64,000 nucleotides of DNA from Promethearchaeota archaeon (GCA_029838195.1 JALGVJ010000006.1:1-64000), one strand, 5' to 3'. Shown: positions 1 through 9,805, counted from the stretch's first letter. Program-made: numbers and translations. The notes: generated from the sequence alone by a model not told the origin.

Positions 1-278
1 AGACGGCCTTCCCTCTGGGCCCCAATATGGACTCCATTCCTCTAAAATTGAATTATCTCAAGCGGCTCCCAACATGGTCGGCCGTTGTAATTTTTAACCC
101 CATTTTTAAATAAGGTAAATTAGATAATGAAGGGATGTGAAAAAAAAGAAGTTTTTAAAAGCTTGGAGGGATTAATCCTTCTCGTGCTGATCTAGATATC
201 CCGAATGGGCTTGAAAAAATTTTTATTTTTCCTGAAAATAATTAAAACATTAAAAAAGATTATCATGTTCATGGTATC

Positions 279-833
279 ATGAAAAGAAAAAAGGAAAATT
301 TTCGGGAGTTTTCTTCAAAATTGATTTTACCTTTCTTGGAAACTGATATGGATTGCATTACCAAAATATTTCAAGTGTTAGAACGGGAATTTGGCTTGAA
401 AAGGGGAAGTAGGCAAAAATTAATAGATTTAGGATCAGGAGATGGAAGGGTGGTCATTCATACGGCAATAAATCATGAGATCGAGGCGGTAGGGGTGGAA
501 TTGGATGAATATTATTATAATCTATCAAAAAAAATGGTAAAAAAAATGAAAAAAAAGGAGAAAAGGAAGAAAAAATCTTTGAAAAAAGTACGGTTTAAAA
601 AAGGGGATCTATTTGAATTTAATCTCAAGGAGCAAGATTTCATATATATTTATTCCTTTCCACCCATGCAGAATTATCTTAAACATGTTCTTAAAACGGC
701 TAAAAAAGGAGCCGTCATTATTTCGCATGGTTATGAATTGCAATCGTTTTCTGAAATTTTAAAATTGAAAAAAATGATCATGTGTACTAAGGGGAGCGGG
801 AAAATCGCTACTTATTTTTATGAAAGGAGCTGA
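279..833 (+). CDS. Class I SAM-dependent methyltransferase (aKMT/FAM173-like protein lysine methyltransferase)
   Basis: Motif I LIDLGSGDGRVV, post-I VGVELD, KGDLF, FIYIY. Confidence 0.75.
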   Translation: MKRKKENFREFSSKLILPFLETDMDCITKIFQVLEREFGLKRGSRQKLIDLGSGDGRVVIHTAINHEIEAVGVELDEYYYNLSKKMVKKMKKKEKRKKKSLKKVRFKKGDLFEFNLKEQDFIYIYSFPPMQNYLKHVLKTAKKGAVIISHGYELQSFSEILKLKKMIMCTKGSGKIATYFYERS

Positions 834-1005
834 AAAATAAATGCGTGCATTAACATGAACGGGCCAAAAACAATGAAAATAATACTTTTCTGAACCAAAA
901 AAGAACTCATCTCTCTAACTAAAATTTACATGAAAAAATAAAACAAGGGAGAATCATCAAGAAAAAAGATAAATTAAATATATCAATGGATCTTGAGAGT
1001 AAATC

Positions 1006-2523
1006 ATGAATAAACGGTTTTCAATACTGAATTTTTTAAAAAATCGATTTCAAGAAATGAAAGATGGATGGAACTTTAACATGTTTGATCTATTTTTCAT
1101 AGCTTGTTATGTTTTTTTATCCCATGGCCCTAGTTTTTATTCATTTGATGGGTTGTATTATTTTGCTCAACTAATTTCTATTTTTGAAGATTTTGATTTG
1201 AACATTTATAATAATCTGAAAAACTTTCCTTTACCGATTCAAAAGAGGCCAAATCAATGGTCCGTAGGGCCTGCGATATTCTGGGCACCATTTTACATTA
1301 TAGGCCATTTTTTTTACTATATTCATAATCAAATCGCATTTTTTTTATTCGGTTGGACACCTCCTTACGTCAACGTGTTTTGGTTTAACATCTGCGTGGT
1401 GAATGTGGGAACAATATTTTATACATGGTTAGGTTTAAAGATTTTAGGAAAAAGCTTACAAAAATATTATTCTATAAACCCAATCTTGGTGCAAGTGGCC
1501 GTTTTTTCTTGCACCCCCCTATTCTTTTACGTTTTTAGCAGACCTTTAATGGCTCATGGGATTTCTTTTTTCATGGTATCCGTATTGTTGTATCTTTGGG
1601 TTAAATGGCACGATATTTTAAATACAAAACAATTATTTTTTTGTGCATTTATTTTAGGATTAGCTTCACTAGTGCGATGGCAAAATGTTCTATTTGCTGT
1701 TATTTTCATGCCACAACTCTATAAAACATTGTTAAATACATGTAAACATCATTCAATCATGAGAACAGCCGCAAAAATGGTATTAAATTTTTTTTTAATG
1801 ATAATGGGGTTTATTCTTGGGTTTTTACCTCAATTAATCGCATGGCAAGTACAGTTTGGTTCTCCTACACCCGGAGCCCAAGATCCCTCTCAATTTCACG
1901 TATTTAACCCTGATTTAAAAGAAGTATGGTTTGGACAGCACGGATTTTTTGTTTGGCATCCCCTTACGATCGTATTTCTCTTAGGATTCCTTTATTTTTT
2001 TCTAACAAGAGAATTAAAGAACACGGATGGACTCGTATTGTTGAGTGGTTTTTTTCTCCAGAGTTATTTATGGGCGATATGGTATGCACCAGCTGCCGGA
2101 TGTTCATTTGGCATGAGAGGATTAATTGGAACCTTACCCCTTCTTGCTTTTGGATTTTCAACGTATTTTCATGGTATAGTTAAAATGAGAAATCTTTATT
2201 ATCGAAGAGTTATCATTACTGGATTTTTCCTTATGATCTTCATTTTTTCTTTCCTGAATTTTTACCTGTATTTATTATTAGGCCATCACTTTGGGACGCC
2301 CATTCTCACCTGTATTTCTAAATTTCAGAAAGAATGGTTCGAAGAGATAAATTGGAATTTAATCAAACTTGCACTTGTTTATAATTTAAATTTTAACCAC
2401 CTAATAGAGAAAACGAGAACGCTCTTGGTTTTAATCTTTCTTATCATGATAGGAAACCTTCTGCAAGAAACGTGGCGCCAATCAGCATGGTCTATAAACC
2501 TAAATGAAAAAGTCTTGAATTGA
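1006..2523 (+). CDS. Multi-pass membrane glycosyltransferase, GT-C/PMT-like
   Basis: About 11 hydrophobic segments; early loop DGLYY...D.DL; LVRWQN; HGFFVWHP; FGMRG. Confidence 0.6.
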   Translation: MNKRFSILNFLKNRFQEMKDGWNFNMFDLFFIACYVFLSHGPSFYSFDGLYYFAQLISIFEDFDLNIYNNLKNFPLPIQKRPNQWSVGPAIFWAPFYIIGHFFYYIHNQIAFFLFGWTPPYVNVFWFNICVVNVGTIFYTWLGLKILGKSLQKYYSINPILVQVAVFSCTPLFFYVFSRPLMAHGISFFMVSVLLYLWVKWHDILNTKQLFFCAFILGLASLVRWQNVLFAVIFMPQLYKTLLNTCKHHSIMRTAAKMVLNFFLMIMGFILGFLPQLIAWQVQFGSPTPGAQDPSQFHVFNPDLKEVWFGQHGFFVWHPLTIVFLLGFLYFFLTRELKNTDGLVLLSGFFLQSYLWAIWYAPAAGCSFGMRGLIGTLPLLAFGFSTYFHGIVKMRNLYYRRVIITGFFLMIFIFSFLNFYLYLLLGHHFGTPILTCISKFQKEWFEEINWNLIKLALVYNLNFNHLIEKTRTLLVLIFLIMIGNLLQETWRQSAWSINLNEKVLN

Positions 2524-2589
2524 AGATCGTGAGGACCTTTCCACACTTTCTTTTATTATAAAAATAAGAAAATGGGGAAGGATTCAAGG

Positions 2590-2905
2590 TCATGATTCAT
2601 TCCACTGAAGTAAACCGTAGTGCCTAATTCCTAACCATTGAAAAACTAATGAATAAATCATGCCTATGCTCATGAGAAAGGTTATTACACCAAGATCGGT
2701 CAGTGCATCAAGAGAGCTATAAAGAATAGATAAAATCAAAAAGAAGCGCTAAGGACACGGAAATTACGAGTATGAGCTTTTTCTGATGAGGCGCCATTAA
2801 TTCTGCTCCAAGATAGAGGCCAAATACCGTGATTGGGGCTACGAAGGCATGACTTAATACTCCATGTAGCCAATATGGTTCTAAATTATCGCTTACTATT
2901 AACAT
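2590..2905 (-). pseudogene. Decayed fragment of a Lokiarchaeal multi-pass membrane protein
   Basis: HGVLSHAFVAPITVFGLYLGAELMAP then, in another frame, LDALTDLGVITFLMSIGMIYSLVFQWLGIR; no full-length ORF. Confidence 0.4.
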
Positions 2906-3057
2906 GAGTGAAAAGTTAACAACTCAAGCGTAATTAGCTAAGATAAAATGGGTTCAAGCAAGGAAAAAAACGGACTTAAGGATTGAGGGGGTAGAAGTAA
3001 AAAAGAAAGGGAGAAAAATTAACGGAGAATCTCCTCATGAATTAACTTCGGGTAAAA

Positions 3058-3612
3058 TCATACTTCAGAACCACAATATTCGCAGAATCGAGCTCCTTGA
3101 TTTAACGGTTGGCCACAATAAATGCAATAATTCTTTTCCATAGGAGTAATTGAAGCAGATTTAGCTTTCCTCGTAGATACACGCTCTTCAACGGGTCTAT
3201 ATCGTGTGGATTCTCCTAAGATGATTTCCCCTGATTCAGAGTTGAAACGATATTTTATTAAGCCTTTTTCTCTTAGACTCATGAGAATTTGCAACACAAC
3301 CTTTGGCTCGAGTCCAACTTCTTGAGCAATTTTTTCGAGTTCATGAGTACCTTCCATGTTTCTATCCATTAATGTCGCTAAAAGGGCTTTTTTATATTGG
3401 TTATTAGTATATAACTGGCGAAAACCTCCAATAAAGATGAAAAAAGCGGGAATTAGCATCCAATAGCCCCAATGACGTAAGCTCAAAAAATCAATATTCA
3501 ATCTTAAAAAAATAAGGGATATAATACCGACAAAGGTAAATACAGAAGCCGTTGCGAACGTTCCTACTACGGGTTCATATTTTTCGTGTTCATAATATCT
3601 AACTTTTCTCAC
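3058..3612 (-). CDS. Two-TM membrane protein with winged-helix and C-terminal zinc ribbon
   Basis: Two hydrophobic helices, LEKIAQEVGL...LREKGLI, CIYC...CEYC; start moved to GTG 3612 behind AGGAGG. Confidence 0.7.
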   Translation of the reverse strand: MRKVRYYEHEKYEPVVGTFATASVFTFVGIISLIFLRLNIDFLSLRHWGYWMLIPAFFIFIGGFRQLYTNNQYKKALLATLMDRNMEGTHELEKIAQEVGLEPKVVLQILMSLREKGLIKYRFNSESGEIILGESTRYRPVEERVSTRKAKSASITPMEKNYCIYCGQPLNQGARFCEYCGSEV

Positions 3613-3787
3613 TTTTAAAACCTCCTGTTTAAGAAGAATGAATTTCTCTAGATAAAAATAATATCTAACTAAAAAAATTATATATCTAAATTTTTTTCCA
3701 TTACTTGAATCTCGTTTGATTAAAAAAGAGTTTTTCAATTAAACAAGAGATCTAAATTAGAAAAACTAAAAAGGAGGGATAAATGTC

Positions 3788-4102
3788 GTGTCTATAGAGT
3801 GGAAGACAAGAAAAGAAAAGCTTCTGGAATGGTTTAGAGGAGTTCAAGGAAAATATCACTTAAAGGAAATCATGGACGCGTTATCTTATCCCAACCTTCA
3901 GTCTTTTATTGATGATTTCAATTTCATTGCGAGGAAAATTAAAAGAGAAGGAAAAAAGATTTCAATTCAACCGATTACCTGCTTGAAATGTGGATATCAG
4001 CAGCATTTTAATAGTGGTAAGTTAAAAATTCCTTCTAAATGCCCACAGTGTCACGAGGAACGCTTTACAACGCCCATGATCAAGATCAAAAATAAACTTT
4101 GA
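3788..4102 (+). CDS. HTH + Zn-ribbon transcriptional regulator (COG3357-like)
   Basis: PITCLKCGY...PSKCPQCHEE; AAGGAGG upstream. Confidence 0.8.
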   Translation: MSIEWKTRKEKLLEWFRGVQGKYHLKEIMDALSYPNLQSFIDDFNFIARKIKREGKKISIQPITCLKCGYQQHFNSGKLKIPSKCPQCHEERFTTPMIKIKNKL

Positions 4103-4219
4103 AAACTTTCTCCCATTTTTTATTTTAATCATCCTTTTTATTCCATTTAATTTGAATTAATTTTTACTCAAGCGATTGAATCCATGTTCACATTATTAAA
4201 ACAATATTTGTTAATGATT

Positions 4220-4235
4220 GTAAACTTTGTTTTAC
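4220..4235. promoter_or_regulatory. Inverted repeat GTAAA-N6-TTTAC, candidate XRE operator
   Basis: GTAAActttgtTTTAC upstream of the two XRE genes. Confidence 0.35.
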
Positions 4236-4373
4236 TTGTTGAGTAATATTTTAATTTGCTACTAATGATAATCAGATGGGTCTACCCCTATAATTAATTC
4301 TCATTATTTAATCGAAAAAGATTTATTTTTTCATGATCATAATATTTAAATATGATGTAAGGTTCATTTAACA

Positions 4374-5240
4374 TTGAAGAAATTTTTATTAAAAAGTAAA
4401 AAAATGAGGAAGAACATGAGCAATAAAGAACCATCTTTTACGGGAACGATTAGCTCAGATTTCAGAAAAAAAGTTTTACTCAAAACAGGAATAGTATTAT
4501 TAATTATTGACGCATTCTTGTTGCTTCTATACATTTTACTAATATTGTTCGAGCCGGACTTTACGCCTATCATTGCCATATGGGTGATCTTTTTTTCAAT
4601 CATACTCCCATTTATAATCATCATGATACCGACTTCACTTTATTTATCTGCTTATGTGCGGAGATTTTCATTCTCTATTTTTGAAAATGAAATCATTATA
4701 ATTCACGGTGTTTTTACTCGAACGAGGGCAACCATCCCTTATAGTCGAATTCAAAACATTAATATTACTAATGGAGTTTTTGATCGGGTCTATGGTTTAT
4801 ATACGGTGAAGATAGAAACTGCTGGTAGTGCTGCGGCAGCATCTGGTTCTCAAGGAGGCGTCATTCGACCAGAAGGATACATTCCCGGCTTAAAAGATCC
4901 CAACATTATTGAACAAAAGATCAAGGAACAAATAATTAAATATTCAGCCATTCCTAGTGGATTAGAAGATAAAATTTTTAAACCGGAAGAGCTTGCTTTT
5001 GATAATTTCATTTCATACATTTTATCGAAAATGCGAGAAGGAGAATTTCTCGAGACGAGGATAGCTGAATTAAGAGAACGAGCTAATTTATCCGTGGCTC
5101 AATTAGCAGAAAAAGTGGGAGTGCCGATTCAAACTATCAAGTATTTAGAAGAAGGTAGATATAATCCAAGTCTGACGCTTGCCTTGAAGATTGCTGAGGT
5201 CTTAAATTGCAAAATTGAAGATTTATTTAAATTAACGTGA
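4374..5240 (+). CDS. Membrane protein: 2 TM + bacterial PH (bPH_2/YdbS-like) domain fused to C-terminal XRE HTH
   Basis: GVFTRTRATIPYSRIQNINITNGVFDRVYGLYTVKIETAG; RIAELRERANLS...YLEEGRYNPSLTLALKIA; true start probably ATG 4404 or 4416. Confidence 0.8.
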   Translation: MKKFLLKSKKMRKNMSNKEPSFTGTISSDFRKKVLLKTGIVLLIIDAFLLLLYILLILFEPDFTPIIAIWVIFFSIILPFIIIMIPTSLYLSAYVRRFSFSIFENEIIIIHGVFTRTRATIPYSRIQNINITNGVFDRVYGLYTVKIETAGSAAAASGSQGGVIRPEGYIPGLKDPNIIEQKIKEQIIKYSAIPSGLEDKIFKPEELAFDNFISYILSKMREGEFLETRIAELRERANLSVAQLAEKVGVPIQTIKYLEEGRYNPSLTLALKIAEVLNCKIEDLFKLT

Positions 5241-5361
5241 GGTTTTTTTATTTTTATTTTTTTATTTTTTTAATACCCGTATATTACCAGTTACTCGGTA
5301 CAAGCAAGTAAAAAATTAGGGGATCTGAGCAAATTCAAATATAGTATACTATAAAAAAAAA

Positions 5362-5784
5362 ATGGGAACGATAAAATTTAAAAAAAGATTGGTATCGAGA
5401 GTAAAAGAATTAAGAGAAGCTCAGAATTTATCCCAGCAAGAATTAGCGAATTTAGTAGGCGTGTCCCGGCAGACAATATATTTTTTAGAAAAAGGAGCAT
5501 ATAATCCATCATTAACTCTTTCTTTTAGATTGGCCGAAACGTTTAATAAAACCATCGAAGAAATTTTTTATTTTGAACCTGAAATTAAAAGCATTATTGG
5601 TAAATTAACATTGGATGATTCCGAAGAAATTTCAAGGAAAATAGGTATGGGGCTTCAAAAATTAATAAAGTTGAAAAATTTAAATGATGAGGAGCTCACT
5701 ACGTTATTTTCTAAAGAAGAATTATTAAGATTAACCGGAATTCTGGGCTTGAAATTTGATGATTATTTTATCGAGGATGAGTAA
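5362..5784 (+). CDS. XRE-family HTH transcriptional regulator with C-terminal extension
   Basis: RVKELREAQNLSQQELANLVGVSRQTIYFLEKGAYNPSL. Confidence 0.9.
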   Translation: MGTIKFKKRLVSRVKELREAQNLSQQELANLVGVSRQTIYFLEKGAYNPSLTLSFRLAETFNKTIEEIFYFEPEIKSIIGKLTLDDSEEISRKIGMGLQKLIKLKNLNDEELTTLFSKEELLRLTGILGLKFDDYFIEDE

Positions 5785-5829
5785 GCAAATTTTAATATGA
5801 TCATTTTTAATTAAAATTGAGCGAAAATT

Positions 5830-6588
5830 TTAATACAATTCGCTCAACCAACTACGATCTTCTTTCAATCGTTCATATTCTTTTTTATCTCCAAAATCGC
5901 CTCTGAATTGAGAAGGAGCCATTTTAATTACACGGATTTTCCAATTTCGTTGCTTGATTCCTTGGGTTAATGCGTTTGGTATTTCAATTTCTCCTCTTTC
6001 AGAATATTCCAATGATTTTAGTACGTCAAAGATTTCACGCGAGAAGATGAAGATTCCGCAATTGTTTAAATTTGAGATCGTAGAATTTTTAGGAGGTTTT
6101 TCAACCATATTGATTACCCGATCATTTTCACAATAGATAGCGCATCCTTTATGAAGATTTTTCAAATAATTAGCTACGAGGATGAAATCTTCTTTCTCTT
6201 TTTCAAACACCTCTACAACTTGCTCGTAAATTTTATAGGGCACCAAGATATCTCCCCAAGTTAAAAAAAAATGATCTTCTTGGATTAAATGTTCACATGA
6301 TAATACAGCACCTCCCGTTCCATTCAAGGTTTCTTGAACAACATAATCGATCTTGATATTCCACTTGCTTCCATTTCCAAAATACCTGATGATTTGTTCT
6401 TTTTTATAACCTACTACGATTATTATTTTTTGAAAACCAGCCATGATTAATCCTTGAATAATATATTCTAATAAAGGTTTATCATGAATGGGGATCATGG
6501 TTTTTTGATAAACATCCGTATAGGGTTTCATTCGAACTCCTTTTCCCGCTGCTAGAATTATCGCTTTCATCTGATTCTTTTTCATCAT
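5830..6588 (-). CDS. Sugar-phosphate nucleotidyltransferase (NTP_transferase)
   Basis: KAIILAAGKGVRMKP, YVVQETLNGTGGAV, EKP, SERGEIEI. Confidence 0.85.
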   Translation of the reverse strand: MMKKNQMKAIILAAGKGVRMKPYTDVYQKTMIPIHDKPLLEYIIQGLIMAGFQKIIIVVGYKKEQIIRYFGNGSKWNIKIDYVVQETLNGTGGAVLSCEHLIQEDHFFLTWGDILVPYKIYEQVVEVFEKEKEDFILVANYLKNLHKGCAIYCENDRVINMVEKPPKNSTISNLNNCGIFIFSREIFDVLKSLEYSERGEIEIPNALTQGIKQRNWKIRVIKMAPSQFRGDFGDKKEYERLKEDRSWLSELY

Positions 6589-6839
6589 GAGTTAACGAAA
6601 AAAAATAAATAATTTCTTTTGAAGTTTAAGAAAAGAGGAGATGAGGTTATTTTAATCATGATTTAAAGAAATTAATCTCTTATCAAGCGAGGAATAATTT
6701 TTAAATATATATTGGCATAATACATTTATTTTTTTTTTTTGAGCAATTTAAATAATTTGGATTCTTGAATATTACAATTCCTTTTTCTTTCCTTAGGAAT
6801 TTAAAGCTTTGAGATTTAGAATAAAGGTAATGATTTAAA

Positions 6840-7586
6840 ATGATAAAAGATGTGGTCATTATTAAAGATGGTGTTCCCCTTTATTCGAGATCGACTTCTC
6901 TGTCCTCTACTTCTCTTTTTTCTAATAAAAACAACCTTTTGCTTTTATCAGGATTTTTTTCTGCTTTAAATTCTTTCTCGGATCAATTTGAAAACCTCGG
7001 CTCTATTAAGCAATTAGAATTATCAAAAACCAATTTAAAATTATCCTTTTTCAAAGATAAAAGCATCCCCAATCTCGTTTTTCTGGCAACATATGACGAA
7101 ACGTCAAATGGTGCGAATGTTCAGAGGACCCTTAAGAGATTATCTCATACATTTTTAAAAATGTATAATCTTACTCAGATTCTTAAATGGAATGGCAGAA
7201 CTGAAATGTTTAAATCTTTTGAAGAAATCGTAAAAAAACACGTAGAAGAAGAACAAAAGGAGGAAGAACAAGAGTTTAAAGGAAAAGTTATCAAATTATT
7301 CAATGAGATTAAAGAAAAAATCGAGCCTACCGGGGAATTAGGACAAGAAACTGCTTTTTTAGAACAAGAATTCAATAATTTAATACCGAAAATAAAAGGG
7401 AAAAAATTAATGAATCCTAATATTTACATGAGCGATAAAGAGGCTTCTAAAATATTTAAACACATGGATGGAAAGCGGACAATTGCTCAAATTTCGAAAG
7501 ATTTAAAGATAAATTCAAGGAAAGTGTTTAATTGCTGTAAAAGTTTATTAAAACTGAATTTTATCACGCTTGAAAAAAATCAATAA
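6840..7586 (+). CDS. Asgard longin-like domain + C-terminal winged helix protein
   Basis: VVIIKDGVPLY...LLSGFFSALNSFS; C-terminal IFKHMDGKRTIAQIS...LLKLNFI. Confidence 0.65.
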   Translation: MIKDVVIIKDGVPLYSRSTSLSSTSLFSNKNNLLLLSGFFSALNSFSDQFENLGSIKQLELSKTNLKLSFFKDKSIPNLVFLATYDETSNGANVQRTLKRLSHTFLKMYNLTQILKWNGRTEMFKSFEEIVKKHVEEEQKEEEQEFKGKVIKLFNEIKEKIEPTGELGQETAFLEQEFNNLIPKIKGKKLMNPNIYMSDKEASKIFKHMDGKRTIAQISKDLKINSRKVFNCCKSLLKLNFITLEKNQ

Positions 7587-7656
7587 AAAATATTTCCCTA
7601 AAAATGGACGAACGAATAAACCAGTTAAAAATTTTTAATGTAAAAATCGAAAAATT

Positions 7657-8601
7657 TTAATATCTAAAAATGTTAAATATCCAAGCTCTTCCTCCCGCTT
7701 TTTCTATAGCTCTTGCAACTTCTTTTTGGTTATTTGGACAGAGCGCCAGCATGCAGCCTCCACCTCCTGCACCCATTTGCTTAGCACCAAGCGCTCCAGC
7801 ATCTTTAGCGACGGAACATAATTTTAAGATCTTGTCCGTGTGAGCATTTAAGATAATTTCTTGCTCTTGTTGGAGATCCATTAATTTACCAAGTTTCTTA
7901 AAATCTCCTTTTAATAATGCTTCTTTTCCTTCCAGCACGCAACGTTCAATCACTTTAAATGCATTTAATGTGGTTGGATCTTTCTCCAAGATTTGTTTCT
8001 TTATGCGATTTAATACAGAAGCCGCTTTCCTCTCTTCCAAAGAATCTCCAACAACAATGGGCAATTCTTCCACGTTTAAATATTCTACCCGAGGATTTTC
8101 ATCTGTATGAATGAATGTAACGCCTCCAAACGCAATGGAATATTGATCCATGCGTCCGCATTGAATTCCTAAATCATGATTTTCTCCTAAATAGGCCAGC
8201 TCAGCAATTTCTTTAGTTGTCAAGTTAAGATTAAAACCTTGATTTAAAACTTTTAAAAATCCCACGGATACAGCGGCAGACGTTGATAATCCACATCCTA
8301 TTGGTATATCAGATTTAACTTCTACTCTAAAACCTTTATTAATTTTCGGGCGAAGTCTCTCGAATAACACGCTCCAATAGGCAAGATCAATAGCGAGGGG
8401 AGGTTTTTCATTTAAAGCGAATGTAACATGCTCATTAGTGTCATGACTATAAAATTCTACCATGCCATCGGGATTTTCTTCATATTGAATTTCCATCATG
8501 AGGGTAATTGCCATTGCGATGACAGGCTTCTTGAGTAGATCAACTTTATCACCCAAAATGCAAATTCTTCCGGGAATTTTAACCTTGATTTTATTTTTCA
8601 T
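7657..8601 (-). CDS. GHMP-family kinase (galactokinase/mevalonate kinase-like)
   Basis: PGRICILGD, IPIGCGLSTSAA, CGRMDQ, GAKQMGAGGGGC. Confidence 0.85.
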   Translation of the reverse strand: MKNKIKVKIPGRICILGDKVDLLKKPVIAMAITLMMEIQYEENPDGMVEFYSHDTNEHVTFALNEKPPLAIDLAYWSVLFERLRPKINKGFRVEVKSDIPIGCGLSTSAAVSVGFLKVLNQGFNLNLTTKEIAELAYLGENHDLGIQCGRMDQYSIAFGGVTFIHTDENPRVEYLNVEELPIVVGDSLEERKAASVLNRIKKQILEKDPTTLNAFKVIERCVLEGKEALLKGDFKKLGKLMDLQQEQEIILNAHTDKILKLCSVAKDAGALGAKQMGAGGGGCMLALCPNNQKEVARAIEKAGGRAWIFNIFRY

Positions 8602-8674
8602 GATAAAATCTTATCCTTAAGAAAATTTCATTCTGGTATGAAAATATAGATGAATTTAAAAAAAGGTAAAAACC

Positions 8675-8980
8675 TTATTTACGTTTTTGTTTTTGTTTTT
8701 GTTTCTTTTTCATGGCCCTGTCATTTTTTATTTCTTCTTCCAATTCGGTTAAATTTTTATCATCCCGTCCTTCAAATTTAAATGTTCCCGCAATCTTACT
8801 TTCCTCTCGAACTCCTGTTTTAGAAATTTTTTCAAAATAAAGGGTAACGGGATTTCCTTGATTTAAGGCAAGATTGATAAAATTAATGAACCCCAAATGC
8901 TTGCTCGGAGCAATATTAAATTTAATCATGACTTCTTTGTTCTTTTTCGTCGTTGTTTTTAATACTAATCGTAATTTCAT
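8675..8980 (-). CDS. Hypothetical basic protein
   Basis: ORF MKLRLVLKTTTKK...; start placed at ATG 8980. Confidence 0.55.
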   Translation of the reverse strand: MKLRLVLKTTTKKNKEVMIKFNIAPSKHLGFINFINLALNQGNPVTLYFEKISKTGVREESKIAGTFKFEGRDDKNLTELEEEIKNDRAMKKKQKQKQKRK

Positions 8981-9086
8981 GTTCCTTTTTTTTCTATAGT
9001 TTACATTATTAAATCTATAAAACAAATAAAACATTATACATTTATAGTATTACCATTAAAAGAAATGAGGGTACATAAAAAAGATC

Positions 9087-9743
9087 ATGCCTTCAAAATT
9101 TCGCTTGAGAATAATTTTCAAGCCTCTCATCACGGGCTTGGCAAGAATCTTATCCTTTATAGGAGTTACTCCTAATATAGCGACCTTTTTAATGCTCATT
9201 TTTTCATTTTTAAGTTACATCTTTTTGGTTTTTTTTAGAAATTTATTAATTTCCGCTATTTTCATTTTTCTAACTGGAGTGTTTGACGGGGTTGATGGCA
9301 CCTTAGCCCGAATAAGCAAAAAAACCTCCAAATTCGGCTCATTTTTAGACTCTACTTTAGATAGATTCTCTGAATTTTTAATATTTTTAGCTCTTTTATT
9401 GTATTGTTGGGATTTCATTTTATGGGGCGTTATTGACATGAAATTAGTCATATTTTTCTCTCTATTTTCATCTCTGATGATAAGTTATAGTCGGGCACGG
9501 GCGGAAACGATTTTCAAGGGAGATTTTGATTTTGGACTCATGGCTCGTTCGGAACGCTTATTTTATTTGGTTGTCAGTCAAATTTTAGGATATTTTATTG
9601 GATATTTATTAGAGCTCCTATTCTTATTCATGTTTTTAGTAATTGGAACCGCAATCTTTAGATTTTTTAGAATCAACACCCTAATTAAAAAGAATGATTC
9701 TCAGGCTGAAGAATCACGGGAAAAGGAAGAAAACTTAGAATAG
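9087..9743 (+). CDS. pgsA: CDP-alcohol phosphatidyltransferase (archaetidylinositol-phosphate synthase-like)
   Basis: TPN; DGVDGTLAR...G.FLDSTLDR signature; SYSRARAE. Confidence 0.85.
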   Translation: MPSKFRLRIIFKPLITGLARILSFIGVTPNIATFLMLIFSFLSYIFLVFFRNLLISAIFIFLTGVFDGVDGTLARISKKTSKFGSFLDSTLDRFSEFLIFLALLLYCWDFILWGVIDMKLVIFFSLFSSLMISYSRARAETIFKGDFDFGLMARSERLFYLVVSQILGYFIGYLLELLFLFMFLVIGTAIFRFFRINTLIKKNDSQAEESREKEENLE

Positions 9744-9805
9744 TAATTATATTTCTTTATCTTAATCTTTATTTTTTATTTTTTTTCAAAAAGCGAAAAA
9801 TGTTC

